A DNA stretch of 64,000 nt from an uncultured Actinomycetes bacterium. Its GTDB lineage: Bacteria; Actinomycetota; Actinomycetes; Streptosporangiales; Streptosporangiaceae. A program made the position numbers and the translations under genes. Positions within the stretch are counted from its first letter, which is position 1. Each line of letters begins with the position of its first letter. This document shows positions 46,101 through 54,806 of this stretch, in pieces. The notes under the pieces were generated by a model that worked only from the letters and a program-made list of their open reading frames with translations, made no database searches and was not told where the DNA came from. Where the stretch lies: the NCBI GenBank assembly GCA_963770545.1, contig CAVYQF010000036.1, forward strand, positions 38,253 through 102,252. Reading direction: 5' to 3'.

Positions 46101-46721
46101 ATGCTCGACGCGCGCGGTTTGCGGTACATCCGGGACGGCCAGGCGATCCTGTCCGGAGTGGACGTGATGGTGGACCCCGGACAAAGCCTGGCCGTGACCG
46201 GCCCGTCCGGGTCCGGCAAGTCCAGCCTGCTCGCCGTGATCGCGGGCCTGGTGCAGCCCGCGGCCGGCGAGGTGTACCTGGACGGCGCGCCGCTCACCCG
46301 CTTCGCCGGGCCGTCCAGCGGCGTGGCCCTGGTGCTGCAAGGCTACGGCCTGGTCTCGCTGCTGACCGCCGCGGAGAACATCGAGGTCGCGCTGCGGGCC
46401 GCCGGGCGGCCGGCCGCCACGGCCCCGGGGTCGGCCCGCAGCGCCCTGGCCGACCTGGGCCTGGAGGCGCACGCGGACCAGCTGGTCGGGGAGCTGTCCG
46501 GCGGCCAGCAGCAGCGGGTCGCCGTGGCCCGGGCGCTGGCCCTCAAGCCCAAGCTGCTGATCGCGGACGAGCCGACCGCCGAGCTCGACCCGGCCGCCCG
46601 GGCCGTGGTCCTGGCCCGGATCTTCGATGTGGTCAGCCGCGGCGGCGCCCTGGTGGTGGCGACACACGACCCGGAGGTGGCCGGGCGGTGCGACCGCGTC
46701 CTGGATCTGCACGCCGCGTGA
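46101..46721 (+). CDS. second ABC transporter ATP-binding protein
   Basis: ATG 1 nt after the upstream TGA. GPSGSGKSS, LSGGQQQR and LLIADEPT. 206 aa. Confidence 0.9.
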   Translation: MLDARGLRYIRDGQAILSGVDVMVDPGQSLAVTGPSGSGKSSLLAVIAGLVQPAAGEVYLDGAPLTRFAGPSSGVALVLQGYGLVSLLTAAENIEVALRAAGRPAATAPGSARSALADLGLEAHADQLVGELSGGQQQRVAVARALALKPKLLIADEPTAELDPAARAVVLARIFDVVSRGGALVVATHDPEVAGRCDRVLDLHAA

Positions 46722-46856
46722 CTCCCGCCGTTCCGGGTGGGCGGGCACCAGAGGGCGTTAGGGATAGAAAGGGCCGGCCGCGGAATCGGCGGCGCGCAGG
46801 TGGGCCTCCGGACCGCCGCCGTGCCGGGATCCGGGACGGGGGCGGATGATAGGGGC

Positions 46857-47783
46857 ATGGACGCTGGGGAGCTGGTCACCGGCGGGCAGGCCGGTTACTC
46901 CGGGGTCTGCCCCTTCACCGTGGACAAGCCGGTCATGCGGCAGCGGTGGGAGCGGCTGACGTTCCTGCACTGGGCCTACGACCCGGACGTGGTGCAGCGG
47001 CTGCTGCCCGCTGGCCTCACGGTGGACACCTTCGACGGGGTGGCCTGGGTGGGCCTGGTCCCGTTCTTCATGCGCGTGCACACGCCGGGAGACCGGGGCG
47101 TCCCCTGGGTCTCCAACTTCTGCGAGACCAACGTGCGCACTTACGCGCGAGACTGCGAGGGCCGGGCCGGCATCTGGTTCCTGTCGCTGGACGCCGCGCG
47201 GCTGGGGGCGGTCGCGGTGGCCCGGTCCAGCTACCGGCTGCCCTACTTCTGGTCCTCGATGCGGCTCACCTCGCAGGCCCAGCCCGGCGGAGAGGTGGAG
47301 GTCGCGTATTCCTGCCAGCGGCGGGTGCCTGGGCCGCGGACGGCGATCAGCCAGGTCCGGGTCCGCGGCGGCGCGCGTTATCGGCCAGGCGAACTCGGTG
47401 ACCGGGATCACTTCCTGACCGCCCGGTGGGTGCTGTTCAGCGTGCTGGCCGGACGGCAGTTCTTCGCCCGCGCCGAGCACCCGCCTTGGCCGCTGCATCG
47501 CGCGGAGGCCCTGACCGTGGACGACGCCCTGATCAGCGCGGCCGGCCTTCCCGATCCCTGCGGCGAGCCCCTGGTGCACTATTCGCCGGGGGTCGATGTC
47601 CGCATCGGCCGGCCGGAGACCTACCGCTACGCCGGCCGGGAGTGCGGGCCAGGACCTGCCGGCCGGGCTAGACCTGCTGCCCGTCCACGGTCAGCTGGAC
47701 GCGGTCGGGGTAGAAGCACATCAGGCCCGCGACCTGCGCGGCCTCCGGGATCGGCGACTCGTAGCTCCACACCAGGTCGTTGA
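46857..47783 (+). CDS. DUF2071-domain protein; 3' end doubtful
   Basis: RWERLTFLHWAYDP..V..LLP.GL..D.F.G.AWVGLVPF.M is the DUF2071 signature. The last ~60 codons are Arg/Pro/Gly-rich and run antisense into the DUF427 gene. Confidence 0.65.
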   Translation: MDAGELVTGGQAGYSGVCPFTVDKPVMRQRWERLTFLHWAYDPDVVQRLLPAGLTVDTFDGVAWVGLVPFFMRVHTPGDRGVPWVSNFCETNVRTYARDCEGRAGIWFLSLDAARLGAVAVARSSYRLPYFWSSMRLTSQAQPGGEVEVAYSCQRRVPGPRTAISQVRVRGGARYRPGELGDRDHFLTARWVLFSVLAGRQFFARAEHPPWPLHRAEALTVDDALISAAGLPDPCGEPLVHYSPGVDVRIGRPETYRYAGRECGPGPAGRARPAARPRSAGRGRGRSTSGPRPARPPGSATRSSTPGR

Positions 47784-48027
47784 GGACCTGGCCGCCGACC
47801 TCAGCCGACCAGTACGACGCCTCACCCTTGAATGGGCACGTCGTGTGCAGGTCAGTGGCCCGCAGCAGGTCGGTCCGCACATCTTCGCGGGGCAGGTAGT
47901 ACCGGGTCGGCAAGCCTGTCTCGTCCAGCAGGACCGGCCGGTCGGTCTCGGCGACCTTCTCGCCGCCGATGGTGACGACGACGTGCGCGGTCAACGGGGT
48001 CGTGGTGATCGTGTGCCCTTTAGCCAT
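47668..48027 (-). CDS. DUF427-domain protein
   Basis: Start at MAKGHTITT (48027). YYLPREDV...CPFKGEASYWS...VWSYE.P motifs. Confidence 0.8.
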   Translation of the reverse strand: MAKGHTITTTPLTAHVVVTIGGEKVAETDRPVLLDETGLPTRYYLPREDVRTDLLRATDLHTTCPFKGEASYWSAEVGGQVLNDLVWSYESPIPEAAQVAGLMCFYPDRVQLTVDGQQV

Positions 48028-48140
48028 ACCGGGTGAACCTCCCGGCGCGGGCATTGATTCCGCCCCGTTTGCTTCTGGCGCTGGCCACCAGTCCCTCGGC
48101 CTCGATCGTGTTTGACATCTGTCGTCCCGTCATGAGTCGC

Positions 48141-48162
48141 TTGGACATGCTCAGCGTCGCCG
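48141..48162. repeat. perfect 22-bp palindrome
   Basis: tcagcgtcgcc|ggcgacgctga. Confidence 0.95.
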
Positions 48163-48288
48163 GCGACGCTGACAGGTCACGGCCACCTCACTGACATGTC
48201 GCGGCCAGTCCCCGGGCATACGGCCAGGCCGCTGACAAGGTGAGGTCCGGGCCTGGCTCAGCCCGCAGGCGGGCGCCCCCGGGCCGCA

Positions 48289-48372
48289 GCGGCTCACTCC
48301 GGGGTCAGCCGGACCCGGCCCCGGGCCACGGCGGCTCATTCCGGGGTCAGCCGGACCCAGCCCCGGGCCAGG
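48289..48372. repeat. 42-bp tandem repeat x2
   Basis: gcggctcactccggggtcagccggacccggccccgggccacg / gcggctcattccggggtcagccggacccagccccgggccagg. Confidence 0.95.
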
Positions 48373-48393
48373 CGAGCCCTGGGTCAGACGAAC

Positions 48394-49349
48394 TCAGCCC
48401 TGGGTCAGCAGGCGGATTGGCTTCTCCTGCTGCCAGGCCGCGATGTCCTCGACCGCGTCCTCGTACCAGTGCCTCATGGTGCGCTCGGTCACGTACCCGA
48501 GGTGCGGGGTCAGCACCGTCCGCGGCGCACGCCGGAGCGGGTCATCCACCGGCAGCGGCTCGGTGCCGTACACATCCAGCCCGGCCCCCGCGATCCACCC
48601 CTCATTGAGCGCCCGCAGGAGCGCCGCGGCGTCGATGATCGGCCCTCGTGAGGTGTTGATCAGGTAGGCGGTGGGCTTCATGGCGCGCAGTTCGCGTTCG
48701 GTGATGAGGCTGCGGGTCCGGTCGGACAGCATCAGGTGGACGCTGACCACGTCGGCCCCGGCGAACAGGTCCGCCTTGCTCTCCGCCCGCACGCCCGCCT
48801 CGGCGGCCACGCCGGATCTAGGTTCTGGCTCCAGGCGATCACGTCCATCCCGAACGCCTGGCCGATGCGGGCCATCTGGTGGCCGATGCGACCCAGGCCT
48901 ACCAGGCCGAGAGTAGTGCCGAGGAGATCGGTGCCCACGGTGTGCTGCCATCCGCCGTCCCGGACCGAGTCCGCCTCCTCGGGCAGGTGCCGGACCAGGG
49001 CGAGGATGAGGGCCCAGGTCAGCTCGGCGGTGTTCGAGGTCCGCGGGCCGCCGGTGCCGGACACGACCACGCCCTGCGCGGCGGCCGCCTGCAGGTCGAT
49101 GGAGGCGTTCTGCATGCCCGTGGTGATCAGCAGCTTCAGGTCGGGCAGCCGGGCGAAGAGTTCGCGGTCGAAGCGGGTCCGTTCCCGCATGGCCACGATC
49201 ACGGCCGCGCCGTCCAGCGCAGCCACCAACGCCTCTCCGGTCAGGTGCTCGCGGATGGCCACCCACTCCGCCCCGTCCGGCCGTCCCGCCAGCGAATACT
49301 GCTCCACTAGCCCCTGATAGTCGTCCAGGGCCACCACCCGCACCGTCAC
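48394..49349 (-). pseudogene. D-2-hydroxyacid (phosphoglycerate-type) dehydrogenase, frameshifted
   Basis: The N-terminal 2/3 lies in ORF 48732..49349 (GLVGLGRIG NAD motif). The C-terminal 1/3 lies in another frame of ORF 48394..49368 (NTSRGPIID, GAGLDVY, TPHLGY). The frames join at ~48811 (..CTAGATCCGGCGTGGCC..). Confidence 0.75.
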
Positions 49350-49372
49350 ACCGCCTCCAGCCCATCACGATT

Positions 49373-49428
49373 GGCCTGCCCAGCCTGGCCTGCCCAGCCT
49401 GGCCTGCCCAGCCTGGCCTGCCCAGCCT
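49373..49428. repeat. 14-bp tandem repeat x4
   Basis: ggcctgcccagcct x4, immediately upstream of the dehydrogenase pseudogene start. Confidence 0.95.
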
Positions 49429-49549
49429 GACGTCCCTGGTAGACGCCTGAAGCAGCCATGACGATATCTGGCCAACCCGAAGCGGGCGCTCGTCTACCCA
49501 GTCTCATCTGACACAGGCTGTGGCGCGCAGGCCACAGCGTTTGAGCGGT

Positions 49550-50175
49550 TCAGGACCCTCCTGCCGGTGCACTCGGTGCCGGAGCGGTGTCGGCGTTCAT
49601 GCCTGTGACCAGCGCGGCCACGATCCGCCGCACCTGCTGCCGGAGGCCTGGTGCACCGCTCTGGCCGGTAATGATCAAGTGGTGGACCGTACCGAGGAGG
49701 GTGAACGCCAGCGTCTCGGTGTCGGCGCCTGATCCAACCCGGCCCAGCTTCTTCTCAGCGTCGAGGTAGGCGGCGAAATACCGCTCGATGTTGCCGAGCC
49801 CCCCGCCCGGCCTACGTCGTGCTCCAATGCCGGGCCGAGTTCCGGTTTCGTGGCGACCAAGCTCATCAGTGCCTGGGCGCTCGCGCCGAATACCGCCACC
49901 ATGGCTTCGGTGAGGTTGCCAGTGATGCTGCCCTGCCCAGCGCGGGCCGGCAGGGCCGCGGCACCTGCCGCGATCGCCTGGAGTCTGCTGGCGACGAACG
50001 ACGCGAGGAATTCGTCGAGATCGCGGAAGTGCCGGTGCAGCACTCCGTTGGCGACTCCGGCCTCGGCGGTGACAGCCCTAGTGGTCAGGGCCGCCGGGCC
50101 GTCCCGGGCTAGCACCCGGTCCGCCGCGGCAAACAACTGCTCGCGGACCTCTGGTATCGCCACACCGCGTGCCAT
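49550..50175 (-). pseudogene. TetR-family regulator, frameshifted in a G-run
   Basis: The N-terminal HTH and core lie in ORF 49675..50196. After the GGGGGG run near 49795-49802, the plausible continuation LGNIERYFAAYLDAEKKLGRVGSGADTETLAFTLLGTVHHLIITG...GGS* lies in another frame and ends at 49550. Confidence 0.7.
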
Positions 50176-50240
50176 CTGCCTCGTCGTCCTCCGCAATCAT
50201 CGTCCAGCCGCAACCGTACCGGGACGCGCGGGTTGCAAGT

Positions 50241-50280
50241 ATGGACGCTCGTCCATTACGGTATGGACAGTTGTCCATAC
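50241..50280. promoter_or_regulatory. two palindromic operator-like sites between the TetR pseudogene and the ABC operon
   Basis: ATGGACgctcGTCCAT (50241-50256) and GTATGGACagttGTCCATAC (50261-50280). Both are perfect. Confidence 0.6.
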
Positions 50281-50298
50281 TAACGCCGGGAGGATGCT

Positions 50299-50427
50299 AT
50301 GGGCGGCAGCGGAAGCGGCGGCCAGACCGCGATGATGGTCGTCTGGGTGATCCTGGTCCTTGTGGCCGTGGGCGGCGGCGCTGGCCTGTACTCGCTGGCG
50401 CGGCGGCGCAGGGCGCGGCGGCCATGA
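50299..50427 (+). CDS. possible 42-aa single-TM leader protein
   Basis: ggagga at 50289-50294, ATG at 50299, MGGSGSGGQTAMMVVWVILVLVAVGGGAGLYSLARRRRARRP. The TGA overlaps the ABC ATPase ATG (ATGA). It is below the ORF-track length cutoff. Confidence 0.4.
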   Translation: MGGSGSGGQTAMMVVWVILVLVAVGGGAGLYSLARRRRARRP

Positions 50428-51321
50428 CCGTCATCGAAGTCCGCGGCCTGGCCAAGCGGTTCGGCTCAGGCCATGTGGTCGACGGCTTGAGCTTCGCGGT
50501 GGGGGCTGGCACCGTCACCGGATTCCTGGGGGCGAATGGCGCAGGCAAGACCACGACGCTCCGCATGCTTCTCGGCCTGGTGCGGCCCACCAGCGGACAG
50601 GCCACGATATGGGGCAGCCCGTACCGGGAGCTGGGGCCCCGGCGGCGCCGGGTAGGGGCCGTGCTGGAGGCCTCAGGGTTCAACCCCGGCCGCACCGTCG
50701 CGGATCACCTGCGGGTCCGCTGCGCCGCGACCGGAACCGCGCGTACCCGGATCGGTGCGGTGCTGGCGGAGGTCGGGATGGGCGAGCTGGCCGGGCGCCG
50801 GGCTGGGAGACTGTCGCTCGGGGAACGGCAGCGGCTGGCCCTCGCCGGGGCGCTGCTCGGCGAGCCGGAGGTGCTGATCCTGGACGAACCGGCGAACGGG
50901 CTGGATCCGGCCGGCGTGCTGTGGCTGCGCGGTTTCCTGCGCCGTCTCGGTGACGAGGGCCGTACCGTGCTCGTGTCCAGCCACATCCTGGCCGAGGTGG
51001 CCCAGTTCGCCGATCACGCCGTTGTCATCGACCGGGGCCATCTCGTCTCGGCCGGGCCGATGACCGAGATGGTCAAGGCCGCGCGGCAGGTGATCGTGGT
51101 GCACACCCCGCGCCCGGAGGCGCTGCGCGCTGCGCTGATATCGGAGGGAGCGGCGGTGCAGGCCGCTGGGCCGGGTGGCTGGAAATCAGCGGACTGGGCA
51201 CCGGACAGGTGGCCACGCTGGCCGCGGCGCTGGGCATCCCGATCTCGAGATGACCGCGGACGCGGGCAGCCTGGAGGAGGCCTTCCTGCGGCTGACCGCC
51301 GCGGAAAGGAGGCCGGGATGA
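50424..51321 (+). pseudogene. ABC transporter ATP-binding protein (ABC-2/DrrA-type), frameshifted near the 3' end
   Basis: GANGAGKTT, LSLGERQR and LILDEPANGLD are intact. After ~51175 the expected tail GLEISGLGTGQVATLAAALGIPISEMTADAGSLEEAFLRLTAAE is in another frame. Confidence 0.7.
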
Positions 51322-52175
51322 CCGAGGCACTCACGCGGAGTTCCTGAAGTTGCGTACCACCCGGGTGGTGGCCGGAATGACGGGCCTCGCCGTCGCGCTG
51401 ACCGCACTGATCGCGGTACTGGAGGCGGTCACCGCCGGCACCGGGAAGGGAATGGCCATCCCGTCGCTGGCCACTGACGGCGGTCTGCGGGACAACCTGG
51501 CTGGCACAGGGTTCGCGCTGCTCGTCGCCGCCCTGCTCGGCGTCGTGAGCGCAGCAGCGAGTTTCGGCTCAAAACCGCTACCGACACCTACCTCGACCAG
51601 CCAGGCCGCGGCCGGGTGCTGGCGGCAAAGGCTATAGCTGCGGCGGTCGCCGGCGCGGTGCTCGGGATCGCCGCCGCGGCTGCGGCCGCCGGGACCGCGC
51701 TCGGCTTCGCCGCCTCCCGGGGCTACGCGCTCGCGCTCCCCGATCCCACCATCGCCCGCTACGCCTTCGGCACCGTCTTGGCTCGGCCCTGCTGGCCGCG
51801 GGCGGCGTGGGTGCCGGATCGCTGATCCGTCACCAGACAGGCGCGATCATCGCGGTGGTCGCCTGGGGGCTGGTGGTCGAACTGGTCGTGGGCGCGACAG
51901 TGACCACGGTTGGCAGCGACCTGCCCTATACCGCGGCGGCCATGATGGCCGGGGACAGCAACGGCGGCGGCATGCCACAGATCCCGCGCGGCGTGGCAGC
52001 GCTGCCGTACCCGGCCGCGAACACCGTGCTGACGGCCGTCGCCGTGGTGCTCGCCATCGTCGCCGCGCGCACCACCGTCCGCCGCGACATCACTGAGCAG
52101 TGCGCGCCGCCCGGCGCCACTTCATCTCCCGCCTGCGTGCCAACTCGCCTGGCCTGCCCGTTATCGGGGTGCTGA
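51318..52175 (+). pseudogene. ABC-2-type permease with at least three frameshifts
   Basis: The reading frame must switch near 51336 (..AEFLKLRTTR), ~51555 (..EFRLKTATDTYLDQPGRGRVLAAK) and ~51780 (..GSALLAAGGVGAGSLIRHQ) to give one continuous permease. It is split over track ORFs 51350, 51616 and 51807. Confidence 0.7.
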
Positions 52176-52499
52176 CCTCGCCAGGGCGGCGTGTGCTGGC
52201 ACCGGGAATCAGCGGGTTCATGCCTGTCAATCGCCAGTAGTAGACCACCCACGGCGTGTATGGTCGGAAACCGCTGCTATAGCGACAGATTCTGCACACA
52301 AACCCATCCAGGCAGTCATGATCGGCCGCCGATCGCAGAGACCGCCCCGAAGCCGATGGCGTCGCAGCAGGTCACAGCCGGTGCATTGGCTGATGCCCGC
52401 GGGGGTGCGCATCCACTGGCGGAAAATGACCACAATCGGCACCTCTCGCCCAGTCCTTTCACGGCTGCAAAGGCGGCGCAGGGAAGTCGGTCGAGTCAG

Positions 52500-52878
52500 T
52501 TAGGCCTGCTCATGGGTCAGGTCGACGATGCAGAACTGGTTGCCGTCGGGACCTTCCAGCACAATGAAGTCCGGATCGTCCGGGTAGCTGTCCCAGTCCG
52601 CCCCGCCTGGCGCCCAGCGACACCAGCCTGGCAGCTTCGGCCTCCTGTTCGTCTGCATCGGCGACATGCAGGTCAATGTGCAGGCGCGGGTGACCTTCCG
52701 GCGGCGTCTGGCTGAGCTGGAGTGCGATCGCCATTCCGGCCCCGTTCGGTGGCACAAGCACCTTTGCCCATCCACCGAATCCATCCTCGCGCAATTTGTA
52801 CCCCAGCGCCGCTGACCAGAATTCCGCGGTCCGCTGCACGTCGGTGACTCCGAGCACCACCACGCCGAACCTCGGCAC
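52500..52878 (-). pseudogene. VOC/glyoxalase-family protein, frameshifted
   Basis: VPRFGVVVLGVTDVQRTAEFW...LHVADADEQEAEAARLVSLGARR continues as ADWDSYPDDPDFIVLEGPDGNQFCIVD in another frame. There is an extra G in the cgggg run near 52612. Confidence 0.65.
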
Positions 52879-53187
52879 GGGCCCGAACTTACCGAGCACC
52901 GCTGAGTGGAGACGCTGAGCCCGCCCGCGCGTGTCGCTGGCACACCCGGTCCGGCCCCCCTTGTCTGGCGGATCATTCCACGTCCAATTCAAGGCTGCTC
53001 TGTGGGGACTTGGTGTCGAACCAGACGGATTTCCCGATGGCGTGGTGTCGTACTGCAGCAACAGGCGGACCGCCAACCAGTGGAACCATGACGAGGTCCC
53101 ACGCAGCGCATCCCGTGCCTGGGAAACGACGGCTCTTACTGAGACGCGGCGTCCGGGCGACTCCGTGCGCGCCGCCCGGCACCACCC

Positions 53188-53481
53188 CTACCCGTTCCGT
53201 TCCTGCTCGTCCCGTATTGATTCGGCTGCAGCTTCCGCAAGTGTGCGGTAATCGTCTATGGATATATCCCCGCGATGGTAGGCCGCAGCCACTTCATCGA
53301 AGGATCCTGGGACAAGCGGATCGGGATCGGCCGCAGCGGCCGCTGCTCGCTCGAGGTAGTTCTTTGGCTTGGGTCCGCGAGTTGAGGGCCACGATCTTTC
53401 GCGGAACCGCTGAGCAACTTCGCTTACGCTGATCGAGCCTCGCTTCAAGGCTTCGATCAGTTCAGTCACCTCAGTGCTCAC
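53188..53481 (-). CDS. 97-aa acidic hypothetical protein, last gene of the cassette
   Basis: The GTG start overlaps the zeta-like gene stop (GTGA, 53478-53481). I recognise no family. Lower GC than the surrounding genome. Confidence 0.5.
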   Translation of the reverse strand: MSTEVTELIEALKRGSISVSEVAQRFRERSWPSTRGPKPKNYLERAAAAAADPDPLVPGSFDEVAAAYHRGDISIDDYRTLAEAAAESIRDEQERNG

Positions 53482-54803
53482 AGCCCTTGCTCCTTTTGTT
53501 TACTCAACTCGGCCTCTTCGGCCTTACTTCGATCAACCAGCGTGGCCGAGCAGCCATCCACTGAGTTGTCTTTGATCTCCCAATCATTGACGATTGCTTT
53601 TATGCCTTCAAAAGTCTTCCTATTGCCGCTACCCCATTCTTTATCGGTTTGGTGGAGTATCACTTCGGGCGGGATCAGCCTGCCGCCAAAGCCTTCCCCT
53701 GAAAACCACTTGTCCTGGTCTTCCCAGTATCTTAACTCGGTCCTCCGAAGGCTCGTCTCGATAGGGATTTGAACAAAGAGCGCGTCAACCTTGGTATAGC
53801 CTGCTTCTCTTAAATCCGCGATTCGCTGCTCAGTCTTCGTCTGGTCGGACATTGTTATGTCCCATATCAAATTCTTGCCGTCTGCCTGAGCGCGTATGGC
53901 TAGTTGACGGGCAAGGTACGACGATTCTTCGTGTACGAGCTCTGACGCCTCCATCGGGGACAGTCCCTCCACTTCGGGTATCATCCCATGGCGGGCCATT
54001 TCCTCTTTGAGGCTGTCTGGATTGATTGTTAAGTACTTCGACCTGTCAATCTCCGGGTGGTTTGCCAAGACAGTAGTTTTTCCTGCTCCACTTAGACCGC
54101 CCGCGATTATGGCTTCGTGATCGCAAGGAACATCGGCCGCGCCCGAGTAAATTTCATCCAGAAGCGCTTGATGAAGAACGGTTCGTTCGCTTGACCAGAT
54201 CTCACCCTTGGGATCAATTGTATGCAGTTCGTCAGAGGAGAATCCTTCGTTGTCAGCCTTGTCGAGACGTGCAAAGACGTCGGCGATGTGCTCAGCACGC
54301 TCCTGTTCAGTGTGTGGGCGGACAACCGCAACCGCCTCGTAATCGGGCTTGACGGAATCGTCATGGTGGCTTCCTGGGGCGAGGTCGAGCGCATTCTCGT
54401 TTTGTCCATTAGAGTCCCCATTTAATTTTGGTTCGTCTGTCAAAGCTTGACTTTGCGTCTGGCGCCCTGGGATGTCTAAAGCTGGTTCGGCGTGTTCTTG
54501 GCGGCTTCGGGGTTCGGCGGTCTCGCTGGCTTCGGCCGGGTCGGGTGGCGGGTCGGCTGTGTCGGAGCCTTCGGGGGAGTCGTCGGAGCCTTTGGAGGGG
54601 TAATCGGCGGGTTCGGGGGACTCATTGGCCTGAACGGCGTTGTCTGTTGATTCGGGCTTATCTGTTGCTGGGAGATCCTCCTTCGGCTGGGAGGTCTCGG
54701 GTAGGGGAGGAGTATCTGGTGCGGCGGGCTCGGTCAATCGGGGGGTCTCGGTGGCACGCTCACGGTCGTCGTCTCCACCGTCGGGGAGCATGTCAACGTT
54801 CAT
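53478..54803 (-). CDS. zeta-toxin/PezT-like P-loop kinase domain protein with a ~150-aa acidic low-complexity N-terminus
   Basis: 441 aa. Walker A GGLSGAGKTT at 54072-54101, encoded with A/T-ending codons (GGC GGT CTA AGT GGA GCA GGA AAA ACT ACT). The downstream layout (INPDSLK.., LIWDITMS, VQIP.E.SL.R...R) resembles zeta-family kinases. Confidence 0.7.
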   Translation of the reverse strand: MNVDMLPDGGDDDRERATETPRLTEPAAPDTPPLPETSQPKEDLPATDKPESTDNAVQANESPEPADYPSKGSDDSPEGSDTADPPPDPAEASETAEPRSRQEHAEPALDIPGRQTQSQALTDEPKLNGDSNGQNENALDLAPGSHHDDSVKPDYEAVAVVRPHTEQERAEHIADVFARLDKADNEGFSSDELHTIDPKGEIWSSERTVLHQALLDEIYSGAADVPCDHEAIIAGGLSGAGKTTVLANHPEIDRSKYLTINPDSLKEEMARHGMIPEVEGLSPMEASELVHEESSYLARQLAIRAQADGKNLIWDITMSDQTKTEQRIADLREAGYTKVDALFVQIPIETSLRRTELRYWEDQDKWFSGEGFGGRLIPPEVILHQTDKEWGSGNRKTFEGIKAIVNDWEIKDNSVDGCSATLVDRSKAEEAELSKQKEQGL

Positions 54804-54806
54804 GCC

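Noticed and set aside
48025-48140. A 42-codon ORF on the minus strand (MSKRLMTGRQMSNTIEAEGLVASARSKRGGINARAGRFTRYG) overlapping the DUF427 start by 8 nt, considered as a leader peptide.
   Set aside because: About a quarter of its codons end in A/T, which is far from the coding norm here. It has no RBS and no recognisable motif, so it is likely a chance ORF in an AT-richer spacer.
53005-53035. tRNA or tRNA fragment (GGTTCGA-like strings on the reverse strand here and at ~9200) as a possible integration site.
   Set aside because: The flanking bases cannot form a T-stem or an acceptor stem, and no anticodon arm could be drawn.
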